From contig NC_043005.1 of assembly GCF_006345805.1 (NCBI RefSeq), positions 44,206,001 through 44,270,000 on the forward strand: 64,000 bases of DNA. The letters run 5' to 3'. Under the pieces are notes generated by a model, which did not search any database, had not been told where the DNA came from, and saw nothing but the letters and a program-made list of their open reading frames with translations. A program made the position numbers and the translations under genes. Shown here piece after piece: positions 27,921 through 43,116 of this stretch. Position 1 is the stretch's first letter, and each line of letters begins with the position of its first letter. The DNA is from Octopus sinensis (taxonomy: Eukaryota).

Positions 27921-28457
27921 CCCTTTAGCATTCATATTACACTGTCAAATGTAAAAGTGTAAAGAGTAAAGACCCCCTTCAGTGATGAATGACCATGGGA
28001 TTGCACCTAGAAAGTTCCCCTCCAAGGCACAAGTCCGAAAACCAGCCACTGCCTATACATACCAGCCTCCCTTCTCCATGCCACACCTATGTTATCCAAG
28101 GGAAAGGCAAAGGCCGATACCGCTGGACACCAGTGATATCACAACTCATTTCTACAGCTGAGTGAAATAAAGTGTCTTGCTCAAGAGCACAACACGGAGC
28201 CCACTCCAGGAATCAATCTCACTACGTTGTGATTGCAAGCCCGATTCTCTAATCACTGAGCCATGTGCCTTCACATGTTATGCATATTTATTCACATTGT
28301 CATGAATTAATCACACATTATCTTGTAGTATCAATAGTTCGGTGATGTCATTGTTTATTTTTAAAATGACATTGTAGGGCAGATGTGAGAGGCTGGTTTG
28401 AACACTGAATGGGTAAAACATTTGGGGCCAGATCTGGTTGGTTTAAATTTTAAAGGG
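27921..28457. mobile_element. piggyBac-like MITE (TTAA TSD, CCCTTTA termini) interrupted by a SINE at ~27962-28275
   Basis: TTAA|ccctttagca ... taaaggg|TTAA. A related interrupted copy lies at ~21785-22350. Confidence 0.65.
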
Positions 28458-30257
28458 TTAAGGGAAATTATTTGCTATTTCCAGCAGATAGATCAACTGC
28501 ATAACAGTTTCCACCATTGTCTTTATAATATCTTTACCATTAGAGTAAATTGTTTTATCAAAATATTTCAGGGATTCAGTTTTTGAGAGGAGTCAACTAA
28601 GAAGATTAGTTACAGGGACCAATTATAATGCTAGAGATACAACTAAGAATATTCTTTTCTTGGCTGAGTTAAAAGTCAAAGAAAATACACAATTGTGCTT
28701 CCTGAAGACAAATTAATCCATTCCTCAGTGCTCTCTGTATTAATATAAAGTCATGTATAATGATGTTATCTTCCTATTATTTCTTAAGTCCAAAGCAACC
28801 CAAACTCAAAACTATAAAATAAACAGTTTCATCAGTTTGACAGTGCTGCTATTATTACCTTCAGCTGGCAGAATCATTAGCACGCTGGGTAAAATGCTTA
28901 GTGGTATTTCATTAGTCTTTATGTTCTCAGTTCAAATTCCACTGGGGTTAACTTTATCTTTCATCCTTTTGGGGTCGATAAATTAAGTACCAGTGCAACA
29001 CTAGGGTTCATGCAATCAACTAGTCCCATCCTCATCCCAAATTTCAGGCCTCGTGCTTTTGTTAGAAAGGGTTTTTACTTTCCGACTGTGGTGGACAGAC
29101 AGAAACATTAACACACTGGGAAAGATACTTGTCAGCAGTTTGTCCATCTCTACATTCTAAGTTCAAATTCCACCAAGGCTGACTTTGGTGTTCATCCTTT
29201 CAGGGTTGATAAAATAAGAACCAGCTGAGTGAGTACTGACATGGCCCCTCCCCCAAAATACTGCTGGTCTTGTGCTAAAATCTGAAACTCTTATTACTCT
29301 CAGCTGTGAGCAATATTGTATATCATGGTACCATCTTACTGCTAGGTACCCCATCTGTTGAGGGTTAAGTATCTTACCAATAAACAGTAGTACAAGTGGC
29401 AGACTATGAATCCTCCTCCTCCTTTGTCTCATGGTCTGATAGTCTTTTAACCCTTTTAATACCAACTTCTTTGAGACTTCCCATACTAAAGTGTTCATAT
29501 TTTAATTGCAATATTGACCAAAATCTCATTAGAACATTAATAGTTCCATAAGACTTCAGTTAGTCAACAGTTGTATGATAAAAAAAAACATACTGAGTGA
29601 TGAATATTCTTTATGAAACCCTTCTAAAATCTTGATTATATTTTTGAAAATTAATGGAAGCACATAGGCTGTCAATTCATTAGCAACACAGTCACAAAAT
29701 GGTTATCGATGCCATGGCTCTTAGTCAAATCACAGAAATACAGAAAACTGACCTGTCTCATATGAATGCTTCAGGTTGAATTGAATATAAATTAATTATT
29801 TAAAACAGACAGAGACTGCAGACGATGATGACAACAATGATGATGATAGTATAAGCATTATAATTAGTTTTACTAAGGCGTGATATCTGTAATATGCTTA
29901 ATTCATTGCTTTTACATATCTTAGTGAATAATTGTGATTTATATTCAAATTAATACAGATTTCTTTTCACTGGAAATGAAGTCAATCCTTGCCGGGAGGT
30001 CGATACAGTTGATTGAACCAACCTCAATAAGCTACAGTTATTTATTCCATTATTCCACTGGGGATACCAAACTACGTACCGTAAGATAACCATATCGCTG
30101 TGCTACCCTTTCACCGTCTCTACCTTAATATATATTATTATTATTATTATTATTAATACAGTTAGAACAAATCGAACTAATTACTTAAAACTGATTTATT
30201 ATCTTTTAAATACATCAATACTTCATGTAAAAATGCAGTAAAATGAAATATACTTAC

Positions 30258-30300
30258 TCGATGCGAACTATGGGCAGCGATTTGGAGTGCTTCAACCCAT
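30258..30300 (-). CDS. 43-nt internal exon of a multi-PH-domain protein gene (PDZPH1-like suspected); C-terminal helix of a PH domain
   Basis: Minus strand reads ctttctctttattttcAG|A TGG GTT GAA GCA CTC CAA ATC GCT GCC CAT AGT TCG CAT CGA|GTaagt = (R)WVEALQIAAHSSHR. It starts in phase 2 and ends in phase 0, matching the exon at 20642-20828. The W matches the invariant PH-domain helix tryptophan. Confidence 0.9.
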
Positions 30301-30509
30301 CTGAAAATAAAGAGAAGCATAAAGCAAACTTAGTATTTAACAACAACAGCAACAACAACAACAACAACAACAACAACAAAATAACGAAACCATTAAATTA
30401 AATTCTAAAAAATCACATTTTCAACTGAGAATAATCTAAAAAGCATATAAAATTTTTATTTTTTTTCATTTTAAAACCCAAAACACCATGGGGAATATCT
30501 ACAACAACT

Positions 30510-32410
<1,901 letters not shown>

Positions 32411-32575
32411 TGCCAGTTGGTGAATAGGTCGTCTTCTAGTTTCACCTTACCTGTTTATACATATTTAAAATTTTACCTGAGGGTGGTGGATTTATGTTAT
32501 GAAGTGATCTATGAGTGCATCAATAAACTGCTACAGAAACAGGTGTAGTAAATTTTAAACTCCACTTGTGTTCTT

Positions 32576-32576
32576 G

Positions 32577-32627
<51 letters not shown>

Positions 32628-32690
32628 ACATACCTACCTGCCTGCCTACCTACCTACCTACCTACGTACCTATTTATCTAGTTATCTATG

Positions 32691-32728
<38 letters not shown>

Positions 32729-32784
32729 GTTATCTATCTATCTATCTATCTAGTTATCTATCTATCTATCTAGTTATCTATCTA

Positions 32785-32818
<34 letters not shown>
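32576..32818. repeat. Compound (CCTG)n-(CCTA)n-(CTAT)n-(TA)n microsatellite
   Basis: Directly visible. Confidence 0.95.
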
Positions 32819-32819
<1 letters not shown>

Positions 32820-33010
32820 CGGGAAGCTTTATGAAAATAGACAAAAGACGAAGGCAGGTTTACGGAAATAAACAAAAGACGAAGGCAGGTGGAATACAAA
32901 CAAACAATTGTATTAGTATGGCGCTCAGGAAATATAAATGAAACAAGTCTTTAACGTTTCGAGCCTACGCTCTTCAACAGAAAGATACACAGAGAAAAAA
33001 AACACAGAAA
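32819..33010 (-). mobile_element. Short Penelope-like pLTR fragment with a minimal HHR-like motif (32948-32985)
   Basis: Minus strand: TCTTT-CTGTTGA-A-GAGC-gtag-GCTC-GAAAC-GTT-AAAGA. The fragment is flanked by TA repeats. Confidence 0.55.
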
Positions 33011-34069
33011 GATATATATATATATATATGCACGCACACACACACATACATATAGGGAACTCTCTTGGGAAAAATGCTCAGTCAAGGGGTAAAAAAAGAG
33101 GCTTAATGAATATTTAAAAAGAACCTTTCAAAGATTACAACATTGTGGTTGACTGTGCTAAATAAACCGAATAGTGGAGTATGGAAAGCAAAAGAGCTAA
33201 TACAGAGAAGAAGCATTCATTTTGTAAAGCTAGAGCTACAAACAAGTACCCTAAGTATTATACCTTTCTGTTTATGCCCCACGTGACAACATGGGATATG
33301 GGGTTCTTGACTCAGATGGGCCCCCATCAGGCATGTTAAGATACATGGACCAGACCAGATATAAAAATCCATAATCTTAAGTCATTTTCAAATTTATATA
33401 CATACCCACACATATATACACACACATATATACATTCATTCTTGTGTGTGTGTGTGTGTGTGTGTTTATGTTTGTGTGCATGTGTGTGTGTGTGTGTGCT
33501 TGTGTGTGTGTGTGGTTAAATAGATATTTATGAATATATAAAGGCATTTAACATAAATCACCACACAGCAGCAGAACTAATTAGTCAAACATATGAAAAT
33601 ATATTTGTATATTTAAAATGTATTTAGTTGTTTAGTCTCAGCATGGAATGATTTCGAAATTACGGCTCCAAGATGCCATAAAAGGCATGCTAGAAATCAA
33701 GCACGATTTCAATAATTAATTAGGCTTTGATTCAGCAGGTTCTTTCCCACACTCTATCTCCCCCTCTTTCTACTCATGTATACACACACACACATATCAT
33801 CATCATAATCATCATCATTGTTTAACGTCTGCTTTCCATGCTAGCATGAGTGGGACAGTTTCTCAAGAGCCAACCAGACTTCTGTGACTGTTTCAGCACA
33901 TACACACACACACACACACATATATATATACATGTGTATGTATATATATATAAGTGCATGTTTGTTTGTATAAATAAATAAATAAATAAATAAATAGATA
34001 AATATATATATTTATCTATCTCACACACACACACGTATACATGCACATACATGTATGTGTGTATATCTT

Positions 34070-34450
34070 TTATCTTTTACTTGTTTCAGTGTCATGCTGG
34101 GGCACTGCCTCGAACAGTTTGATTTAGTCAAATGAATCGACCCCAGCATGCATTTTTTTGTTAAATCTGGTACTTACTTTATTGGTCTTTTTTGCCGAAC
34201 TATTAAGTTATGGGCATGCAAATACACCAATGCTGATTGCCAAGCAGTGTTGATGGACAAACACAGATACAAAGACAAAGACACACACATATATATACAT
34301 ATATTCAGATATATATTTATATGATAGCCTTCTTTCAGTTTCTATCTACCAAATCCACTCGCAAGGCTTTGGTTGACCCAAGGCTATAGTAGAATACACT
34401 TGCCCAAGTTGCCACACAGTGAGATTGAACCGGAAAACATGTAGTTGGGA
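34070..34450 (-). mobile_element. SINE family A
   Basis: Reverse complement of the family A consensus. Confidence 0.75.
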
Positions 34451-34656
34451 AGCAAGCTTCTTACCACATAAAAAGCTGTCATCAGATGATGGGTTAATTG
34501 GCCAAAACTTCAAAGTCACTGCCAACCACATTCTTGCTTAAGAATAAATATCTATTGTACAAAAGTATCCAGTGACCTATCAGATTGATGTAAAATTGTT
34601 TTTATCATAAGTGAACATAAAACAAACATTACCTTAATACACATACATACATATGT

Positions 34657-34687
<31 letters not shown>

Positions 34688-34726
34688 CACATATACATAC
34701 ATATATGCACACGCCCATACATTATA

Positions 34727-34760
<34 letters not shown>

Positions 34761-34763
34761 CAC

Positions 34764-34818
<55 letters not shown>

Positions 34819-34970
34819 CATATATATATACATTATATATATATACATATATATATATACATATATATATATAACATATATATATATATACACATATATA
34901 TATATATACACATATATATATATACATATATATATATATAACATATATATACATATATATATATACATAC

Positions 34971-35001
<31 letters not shown>

Positions 35002-35359
35002 CATACATACATACATATATATACATATATATATATATATTATACATACATACATACATACATATATATATATATATGTACACACACATACATATATATA
35101 CATATATACACGTGCCACACACACACACACATATATGCATATACATGTAAAGAGCACAGTGTATAACCATTGCACTGGAACCATATGTTCCATTATACTC
35201 TTTCTTTCGTGAATCTTTATCATTAACTCAAACAGTCACCCCACATGCTACCCTCTTTCAAATTTCTATAGTACTATTAAAAAAAGAAAATCTCTTATGG
35301 AGACTTTGTGTCCCTCATAACAACTTCTGATTAAGTGATGGTGAAAGATCGCATAGCAG

Positions 35360-35396
<37 letters not shown>

Positions 35397-35397
<1 letters not shown>

Positions 35398-37042
35398 AAA
35401 GGGGTTAGTAAAATAAATTACTTTGCCGCATACTGAACTCATTAGAAATAGCAGCTAAAAAACTTTTTTAAGGCTATTTCTAATACTTAAAGAAAATCTC
35501 TCTCATATATAGTGTTTGCTTAATTCAACTCACAAAAGTTTGGGGGTAAGGACATCGAAAAATCAAATGCTAAGGTTATTCGAGAACGTACGTTTCAGAT
35601 TAGTCAAAACAACATTTCTATCATCGGCTCAGAAATTCCTTGGTTTGGATTTGGAAACACTGAAAATAAGAACATACCCTTTCGAAGATCTGCTCCCAAC
35701 TAACAGTGCCAACAATTCAAAATAAGCAAGCGAAGAATCTTTGTTCTCCCCTTTCCACCAGCGTGGGTTGAAATCATCAAACACTATGCTTATTTCGGTA
35801 AAATCCGAAGTATTAATCAGAGGGAGATTAATTATAATTTCAACAATTGAGGGCAAAATTAATTAATTATTAATCAATTTCACCAAGTGTTCAGTATGCA
35901 AAGGGACCATTCAAGGCGAATTCAAATTATTACATTATATAAAAGGGCTTAGTAAAATAAATTACTTTGCCGCATACTGAACTCATTAGAAATAGCAGCT
36001 AAAAAACTTTTTTAAGGCTATTTCTAATACTTAAAGAAAATCTCTCTCATATATAGTGTTTGCTTAATTCAACTCACAAAAGTTTGGGGGTAAGGACATC
36101 GAAAAATCAAATGCTAAGGTTATTCGAGAACGTACGTTTCAAGATAGTCAAAAACAAATTTCTATCATCGGCTCAGAAATTCCTTGTTTGGATTTGGAAA
36201 CACTGAAAATAAGAACAACCCTTTCGAAGATCTGCTCCCAACTAACAGTGCCAACAATTCAAAATAAGCAAGCGAAGAATCTTTGTTCTCCCCTTTCCAC
36301 CAGCGTGGGTTGAAATCATCAAACACTATGCTTATTTCGGGAAAATCCGAAGTATTAATCAGAGGGAGATTAATTCAAAGTTCATACAATGAGGCAAAAT
36401 TAATTAATTGATTAATCCAAATTTCACCAAGTGTTCAGATGCAAAGGGACCATTCAAGGGAACCAGAATTAATAATTTTGCCCTCAATTGTTGAAATTAT
36501 AATTAACTCCCTCTGATTAATTTATTCGGATTTTACCGAAATAAGCATAGTGTTTATGATTCAACCCACGCTGGTGGAAAGGGGAGAACAAAGATTCTTC
36601 GCTTGCTTATTTTGAATTTGTTGGCACTGTTAGTTGGGAGCAGATCTTCGAAAGGGTATGTTCTTATTTTCAGTGTTTCCAAATCCAAACCAAGGAATTT
36701 CTGAGCCGATGATAGAAATGTTGTTTTGACTAATCTTGAAACGTACGTTCTCGAATAACCTTAGCATTTGATTTTTCGATGTCCTTACCCCCAAACTTTT
36801 GTGAGTTGAATTAAGCAAACACTATATATGAGAGAGATTTTCTTTAAGTATTAGAAATAGCCTTAAAAAAGTTTTTTAGCTGCTATTTCTAATGAGTTCA
36901 GTATGCGGCAAAGTAATTTATTTTACTAAGCCCTTTTATATAATGTAATAATTTGAATTCGCCTTGAATGGTCCCTTTGCATACTGAACACTTGGTGAAA
37001 TTGATTAATAATTAATTAATTTTGCCCTCAATTGTTGAAATT
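35397..37042 (-). mobile_element. Penelope-like pLTR array: two direct ~545-bp units plus an inverted, circularly permuted unit, flanked by (TA)n
   Basis: Units lie at 35397-35942 and 35943-36459, with an inverted copy at ~36467-37042. Each has a degenerate HHR-like motif CCGATGA...GAAAC-GTAC-GTT (35579-35634 -, 36123-36178 -, 36699-36755 +). Confidence 0.65.
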
Positions 37043-37575
37043 ATATATATATATATATATAACACTGATTTGATAGTTCTGTAAATAGGGACATGGACAT
37101 GAATTGTTAAAGCTGGTATCTTCTAGTGAGATGATGTTAGTTGAATGAATCAACCCTGGAACTTTTTTTGTAAAGCCTGGTATTTTTTCTATCGATCTCT
37201 TTTGCTGATCAGCTAAGTTATGGGGATATAAACAAACCAGCACGAGTTGTCAAGCAGTGGTGGGAGGGACAAACAACACATAGATGTAACAACAAACACA
37301 CACATACATACATCAGCATGTGTGTGTGTGTGTGTGTGAGTAAAAGTCAGTAAACAGCGATGACGAAACCGGTATGATTTTCTATATTGACTCATGATAA
37401 TAATTTTTATACTTCTTAATTCCACCTCAAATCATTTATTTGTACGTATAAATCTTTGTTTTTATTTTAAAAAAAGCCCTTAGTTTTATACCTAGAGTGC
37501 ATTTTCTTTGTTTCTTTTTACTTTTCCCCTATTTGAACCATGTGTACTCTTTTTTCTTTGAAACCCCCTTCTATC

Positions 37576-37609
<34 letters not shown>

Positions 37610-37763
37610 AGGAGGTTATGAGAGGTAATGGTGTCAGTGAGACTCAAAGGTGTTAGGTAATGCTGAATAAGTGCTATGGATAGACCATAGTTGAGTTCCA
37701 GAATCAGTGATTATGTGAATAAGGGTTAGCATAATCACTGAACCTGGAATTCAGCTATAGTCC

Positions 37764-37825
<62 letters not shown>

Positions 37826-37826
<1 letters not shown>

Positions 37827-39089
37827 CAGGCCATTAAGAATGCACCAAGTTTGACAGTTGTTAACTCTGATGTTTTATCCTAACAATTCTTTGTTTTACA
37901 ACATTGAAAAGTTACATCATCACTTTTTCAAATGCAATTCATGGTGTCTGATTATATTGTGAGTTTTCTCTTGTAAATCAATTTTTGTGAACCCATGGAT
38001 AGATAAAAAATCCATGTTGTTTATGAATATGAGTTCTGTCATGGAACCAATGCATCCTAGACAGCTCAAAACATTAATGAAGCATTTGGTGAAAATGTGG
38101 TGAGTGAGTGCACTGAATACCGATGGTTTGAGAAGTTTCAGTCTGGTGACTTTGCTCTTGAAAATCAGCCCCATGGTAGACCTGAGACCAAGGTGGATAA
38201 TGATGAGCTAGAAACTGTAGTGGAAGTGGATACATCTCTAAATATGCATGAGTTAGCAGCAAGGTTTGATATTTTGATTCCAACTGTATTGGACCATCTG
38301 AAACAAATGAGCAAGGTAAAGAAGCTGAACTAGTGGGAACCATCATGAACTGAATGAGCACCAAATGACATGTCAATTTGAATCTTGCTGTTCTTTACTG
38401 TCGCAGCATAGAAGTGAACCATTTTTACATCGTATTGTTACATGTGATGAATAGTAGATTCTTTTCAACAATAGCAAGTGTTCTGCACAGTGGTTGGATA
38501 GAGATGAAGAGCCAAAACACAATCCAAAAAAGAATATTCACCAAAAAAAAGCTAATGGTGTCTGTTTGGTGGTCCAGCACTGGCATCATCCATTACAACT
38601 TCATGAAACCTGGTAATTCAATTACAGCGGATGTATACATCAACCAACTGGATGAAATGATGAATGAACTTGTAATTAAACAACTGAGATTGGTCAACAG
38701 AGACAGGCCATTTCTTTTGCAAGACAATGCTCAACTACATGTTGCACAAAGAACACTACTCAAGTTACAGGAACTGAACTTGGAAGTACTCTGTCATCCA
38801 CTATATTCACCAGACCTTGCACCAATTGACTATCATGCTTTCCAGGCATTAGACAACTTTTTGAAAGGAAAACACTTTCAAATCTGAAGAAGATGTAAAA
38901 ACAGCCTTTTGTGATTTCATCACTTCTTGCTCTCCAGAATTCTTTGCTGCAGGCATAAATAAGCTACTGATAAAATGGCAAAATTGTGTTGATAGTTTAG
39001 GTGCATACTTTGATTAACAGCCTTGCTTTGTGTTGAGATAAACTAAAATAAACTTTCAGTTTGAAATCAGACATTTCATCTTTAATGAC

Positions 39090-39093
<4 letters not shown>
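37826..39093 (+). mobile_element. Full-length degenerate mariner (DD34D) transposon
   Basis: Imperfect TIRs (tcaggccattaag / tttaatgacctga) with TA flanks inside (TA)n. The transposase remnants include RWFEKFQSGDF, IVTCDE, LMVSVWWS, LLQDNA and YSPDLAPIDY. Confidence 0.93.
37995..39017 (+). pseudogene. Mariner transposase pseudogene (stops and frameshifts)
   Basis: It is split across ORFs 38097-38333 and 38378-38887 and a further frame ending GAYFD*. Confidence 0.9.
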
Positions 39094-39169
<76 letters not shown>

Positions 39170-39463
39170 TATATATATGATGGGCGTCTTTCAGTTTTCA
39201 TCTACCAAATCCACTCACAAGGTTTTGGTTGGCCCAAAGTTATAGGAGAGTCACTTGTCCAAGGTACCACACAATGGAATTGAACCCAGATTCATGTAGT
39301 TGAGAAGCAAACTTCTTACCACAGAGCTGCATCTTGATCATAAAAACGACACTGGATATATATTTTTTTAATGACACAGTTTGAACACATTGACTAATCA
39401 ATAACACCCTCTGCACTCTCAACTAATCAAAATAAGAGAATATTATTGTCAAAACATGATTAA

Positions 39464-39680
39464 CCCTTTCGTTATTGCATTTATTTTGAGATGTTCTGTG
39501 TTCCTTTCAATTAATTTTAAATATAACAAAGAATTTAGTAAAATAACTTAGTTATCATTAAGCTAGTGTTAGAAACATAAATTGTGACTAAGGTTTGGTG
39601 GAAGTTATTCAAAACTTACGAAAACAAAATATTTGCACTCAGACCCAGAGCCGGTTTTGGCTGGGTTGGTAACAAAAGGG
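39464..39680. mobile_element. piggyBac-like MITE
   Basis: TTAA|ccctttcgtta ... taacaaaaggg|CTAA. Confidence 0.55.
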
Positions 39681-40685
39681 CTAATACCTTATTCTAAACA
39701 ATAATTTCTTACATAAAAAAATGACTCAGAAATTTGAGAGGAGATAAATATTTGATTACATTGATCCTAGTATTTCACTGGCACAATGTTGACCTCTGTG
39801 GGATTTGAACTTAAAATGTAAAGAGCAAGAACGAATAACACCATCACCTCCAATACTTGACTAGTACAGGTACTTTACTTTATGACCTTGAAAAGATGAA
39901 AGGCAACATTGACCTTAGCAGGATTTGAACACAGAATGTAAGGAGCCAAAATAAATACAACAGGCCTTTTTGTCTGATGCTTTAATTGATTCCACTAATC
40001 TAATCAACAACAACAACAGTAGCATTATAATTAAACCCACCACTTAACCAAATTGATAGATTTTATTTCTTAAAGTAATTTCTAATATAGAAGCGAAATG
40101 TTTATTGTTAAGGACGAAAAGAAAAAAAATATTAAGAAAGAAATTTATTAGTGCTAAAAGTTAGATTATCCCTGAGTAACAGTAATTTGTAGATGTTTAA
40201 ATAAGAAAAATAATTTTAACAGTGACCTAAGTACCACCGATACAATGACAAAATCTTTTAGAAACGCTCATACTTAAAACATGTTGTTCCTGACTGAAAT
40301 TGAATAAATATGAATATTGCATGTACATGTGTATGTGTGTGTGTGTTTGTGTGTTTGTGTGTGTGCATGGGTGTGGGCACACATGCACATGTTTGTGTGA
40401 GTATGTGTATGTGTGTGTGTGTGTATATATACACATATATATGTGTGCTTATCTATAACTATACCTATATTTGCATTTATATGTGTGTGAGTGTGTGTGT
40501 GTGTATATATCTATTTATATGTATATATATTTATACATATATATATTGATATGTGGGTGTATATGTGTATATATATATATGTGTGTGTGTGAGAGAGAGG
40601 CACAAACACTTATGACTGTGTATGTATATTATATTATACATATATATGTACACGCACACTCATCCACACACACACATATCATACC

Positions 40686-40717
<32 letters not shown>

Positions 40718-41534
40718 CATATACTTAAGAAATGTGAAATTATATCTAGATTGATGAGGAATTGCAGAAATGAAATGGATATAAATACCACACAACACTT
40801 AAAATATATTACATATATACATGCAAAGTGAGAAGGATAGAATAATGAAGGAGAAAAATCAAGAAGCAAAAATGTTTAAGTTGTAAATGTTGATAGTAAT
40901 TATCTGATAAATGAAGAAAACAACTTCATGTTGTAGAGAATAAAAAGCAAAAATAAAAAAAAAAAAAATAAACAAGACAAAAAGATGAAGAAAAAAAAAA
41001 TGAAACAGAAACTAGAGACAAGATTTCTGTATAGGAATAACTGTAGTAAAACATTAGAGATAAATAATTCATCTTCTCTGCTATCTGATTGAAAAAGTTC
41101 ACAGAATAGTAAAACAGATAAAAAAATTTTTAAAAAGAATGTAAAAAAAAAAGCATAAAATCTATGCAACATTTACCAATATACATACACACACACACAA
41201 ACATATATACATACATATATATATATATATACATATATACATACATATATATATATATACATACGCACATATATATATGTAAGTATAAATGAATAAAGAA
41301 ATAAAGAAAAGAAATAAATCTATATTGCTTTAATAAACTTTCAGACTTGTTAAAAAGAAAAATGTTCTTATTTAAAAGAAGATATGCTTTAGAAAAAAAT
41401 ATATCCAGTAGGAATATAAAATGTATACATTTCATATTCAAAATCAAAGTACTTCATGAACGAGACAATTTGTTGAGATTTATAGTGTGTATATATCATT
41501 TGGATTATTTATTTTAGTTTCTAGAAAGTTTGTT

Positions 41535-41721
41535 ATTACTTGTTGTTGTTATTATTATTATTATTTATTATTATGTTGCCATCATTATTATTATTATTAT
41601 TATTACTTTTGTTGTTTTTGTTGTTGTTGGTGGTGGTGGTGGTGCTGCTGCTGCTGTTCTTCTTCTTCTTCTTCTGATTATTATTATTATTATTATTATT
41701 ATATTATTATTATTATCATCA
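41535..41721. repeat. Compound trinucleotide microsatellite (TTA/TTG/TGG/CTG/TTC/TCA)
   Basis: Directly visible. It abuts the left TIR of the second mariner. Confidence 0.95.
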
Positions 41722-42923
41722 TCAGGTCCTCTCATAAGTTCTGTCCAAATTTTGAATAAAGAAAACAAGTGATCAAATGTTATATTTAATTGAAATTTAA
41801 TCATCAATACATTTTCCTTGATTATCTATGACTTTCTTCCATCTATATACAAGCTTTTTAATCCCATCAATGTAAAACTCTTTTGGTTTCAAAACGAAGA
41901 ACTCTGAAATGTCAGTTTTGACCTCCTGGCTTGCAAAAGTTATGTCCCCCAAATGATTCTATAACCTACGAAACAAATGGTAGTCTGAAGGAGCAAGGTT
42001 GGGAGAATAAAGTGGATGAGGAATTTATTCCCAACCAAGCTCTTCGATCTTCTGTGATGTTATCTTTCCAGTGTGGGGTTGCGCATTGTCCTGATGAAAC
42101 ATCACTCCTTTTCGATTCACTAAAGCGGGTCTTTTTTTCTTCAAAGCTTAGTTCAAACGCTCTAATTGCTGACAGTAGACTTGAGCATTGATTGTTGCGG
42201 TATGTGGTAACAATTCAAAGTGAATTACTCCTTTGCAATCCCAACAGATAGAGAGAACCTTTTTTCCATGAAGTTCCCTTCTCGGTTCTGGTTGAGCTTT
42301 TTCCCTTTTACCAAGCCACTGTTTACGATGTTTAACATTTCGATAGAAGATTCATTTTTCATCACCAGTCACAAGTCTATCCAAAAAGGATGAAATGGGT
42401 TTATGAGAATGGAGAGAAGAGTAGATGTCAATCAGGGATTGAAGATGATGATGAACAGTTGTACAGTTTGAACTAAGCTTTATTGCCAATTCTTCAACTG
42501 ATAATGCAGGATTTTCTTCAAGTAATGCCTCATCAAACTCAACTGAACATCCTGTTTGATCTTCATCTTCAATGCTGAAATCTCCACTTCTGAATTTTGC
42601 AAACCATCTTCTGCAAGTTCTTTCATTCAAGCATTCTTACACATAAACTGAGTACGTTTCAAATCGCTTCAGCTGCAGAGTTTCCTTTTTTGTACTCATA
42701 AAGCATTACGTGCCTCAAATGCTCTTTGGATACTTCCATGTTAGAGAGAGTTTTAAACAAAGAAATTTTAATTCTATTATTCTGTAAAATAATATTTAAT
42801 TTGTTTAAATGTACACAAATGCATAAAAATAATTTTAAATTCCATTAGACATTCTAAAATACTATTAAATTTTATTCAATTTTAAAACAGGTAAAATCGG
42901 ACAGAACTTATGGGATGACTTGA
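41722..42923 (-). mobile_element. Second, different degenerate mariner transposon
   Basis: ~26-bp TIRs tca(g/a)gtc(c/a)tc(t/c)cataagttctgtcc. Minus-strand remnants include MEVSKEHLRHVMLYEY, RRWFAKFRSGDF, LVTGDEK, FHQDNA and HPLYSP. Confidence 0.92.
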
Positions 42924-43080
42924 TATTGTTATAATTATTATTATGTTATATGTTTATCTAGCTTTAAGTGAAGTTATTTATAAGGTGTTCTATTAATGAG
43001 TGGATTTTGTTGTTTTTTAATTTCTTATTTGTATGCACCATAAAATACCCGTCAAATGTAGGAAGTGAACAGCTGAAGTA

Positions 43081-43116
<36 letters not shown>

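Noticed and set aside
35516-35856. ORFs within the 545-bp repeat unit as a possible endonuclease fragment
   Set aside because: There are no convincing GIY-YIG motifs and the frames are not conserved among the three copies.
37340-37380. Half hammerhead GTCA...TGAC-GAAAC-CG-GTA; a similar trace GAAACGTGTGTA lies at ~60827
   Set aside because: The CUGANGA core is missing, so these are at most fossil remnants.
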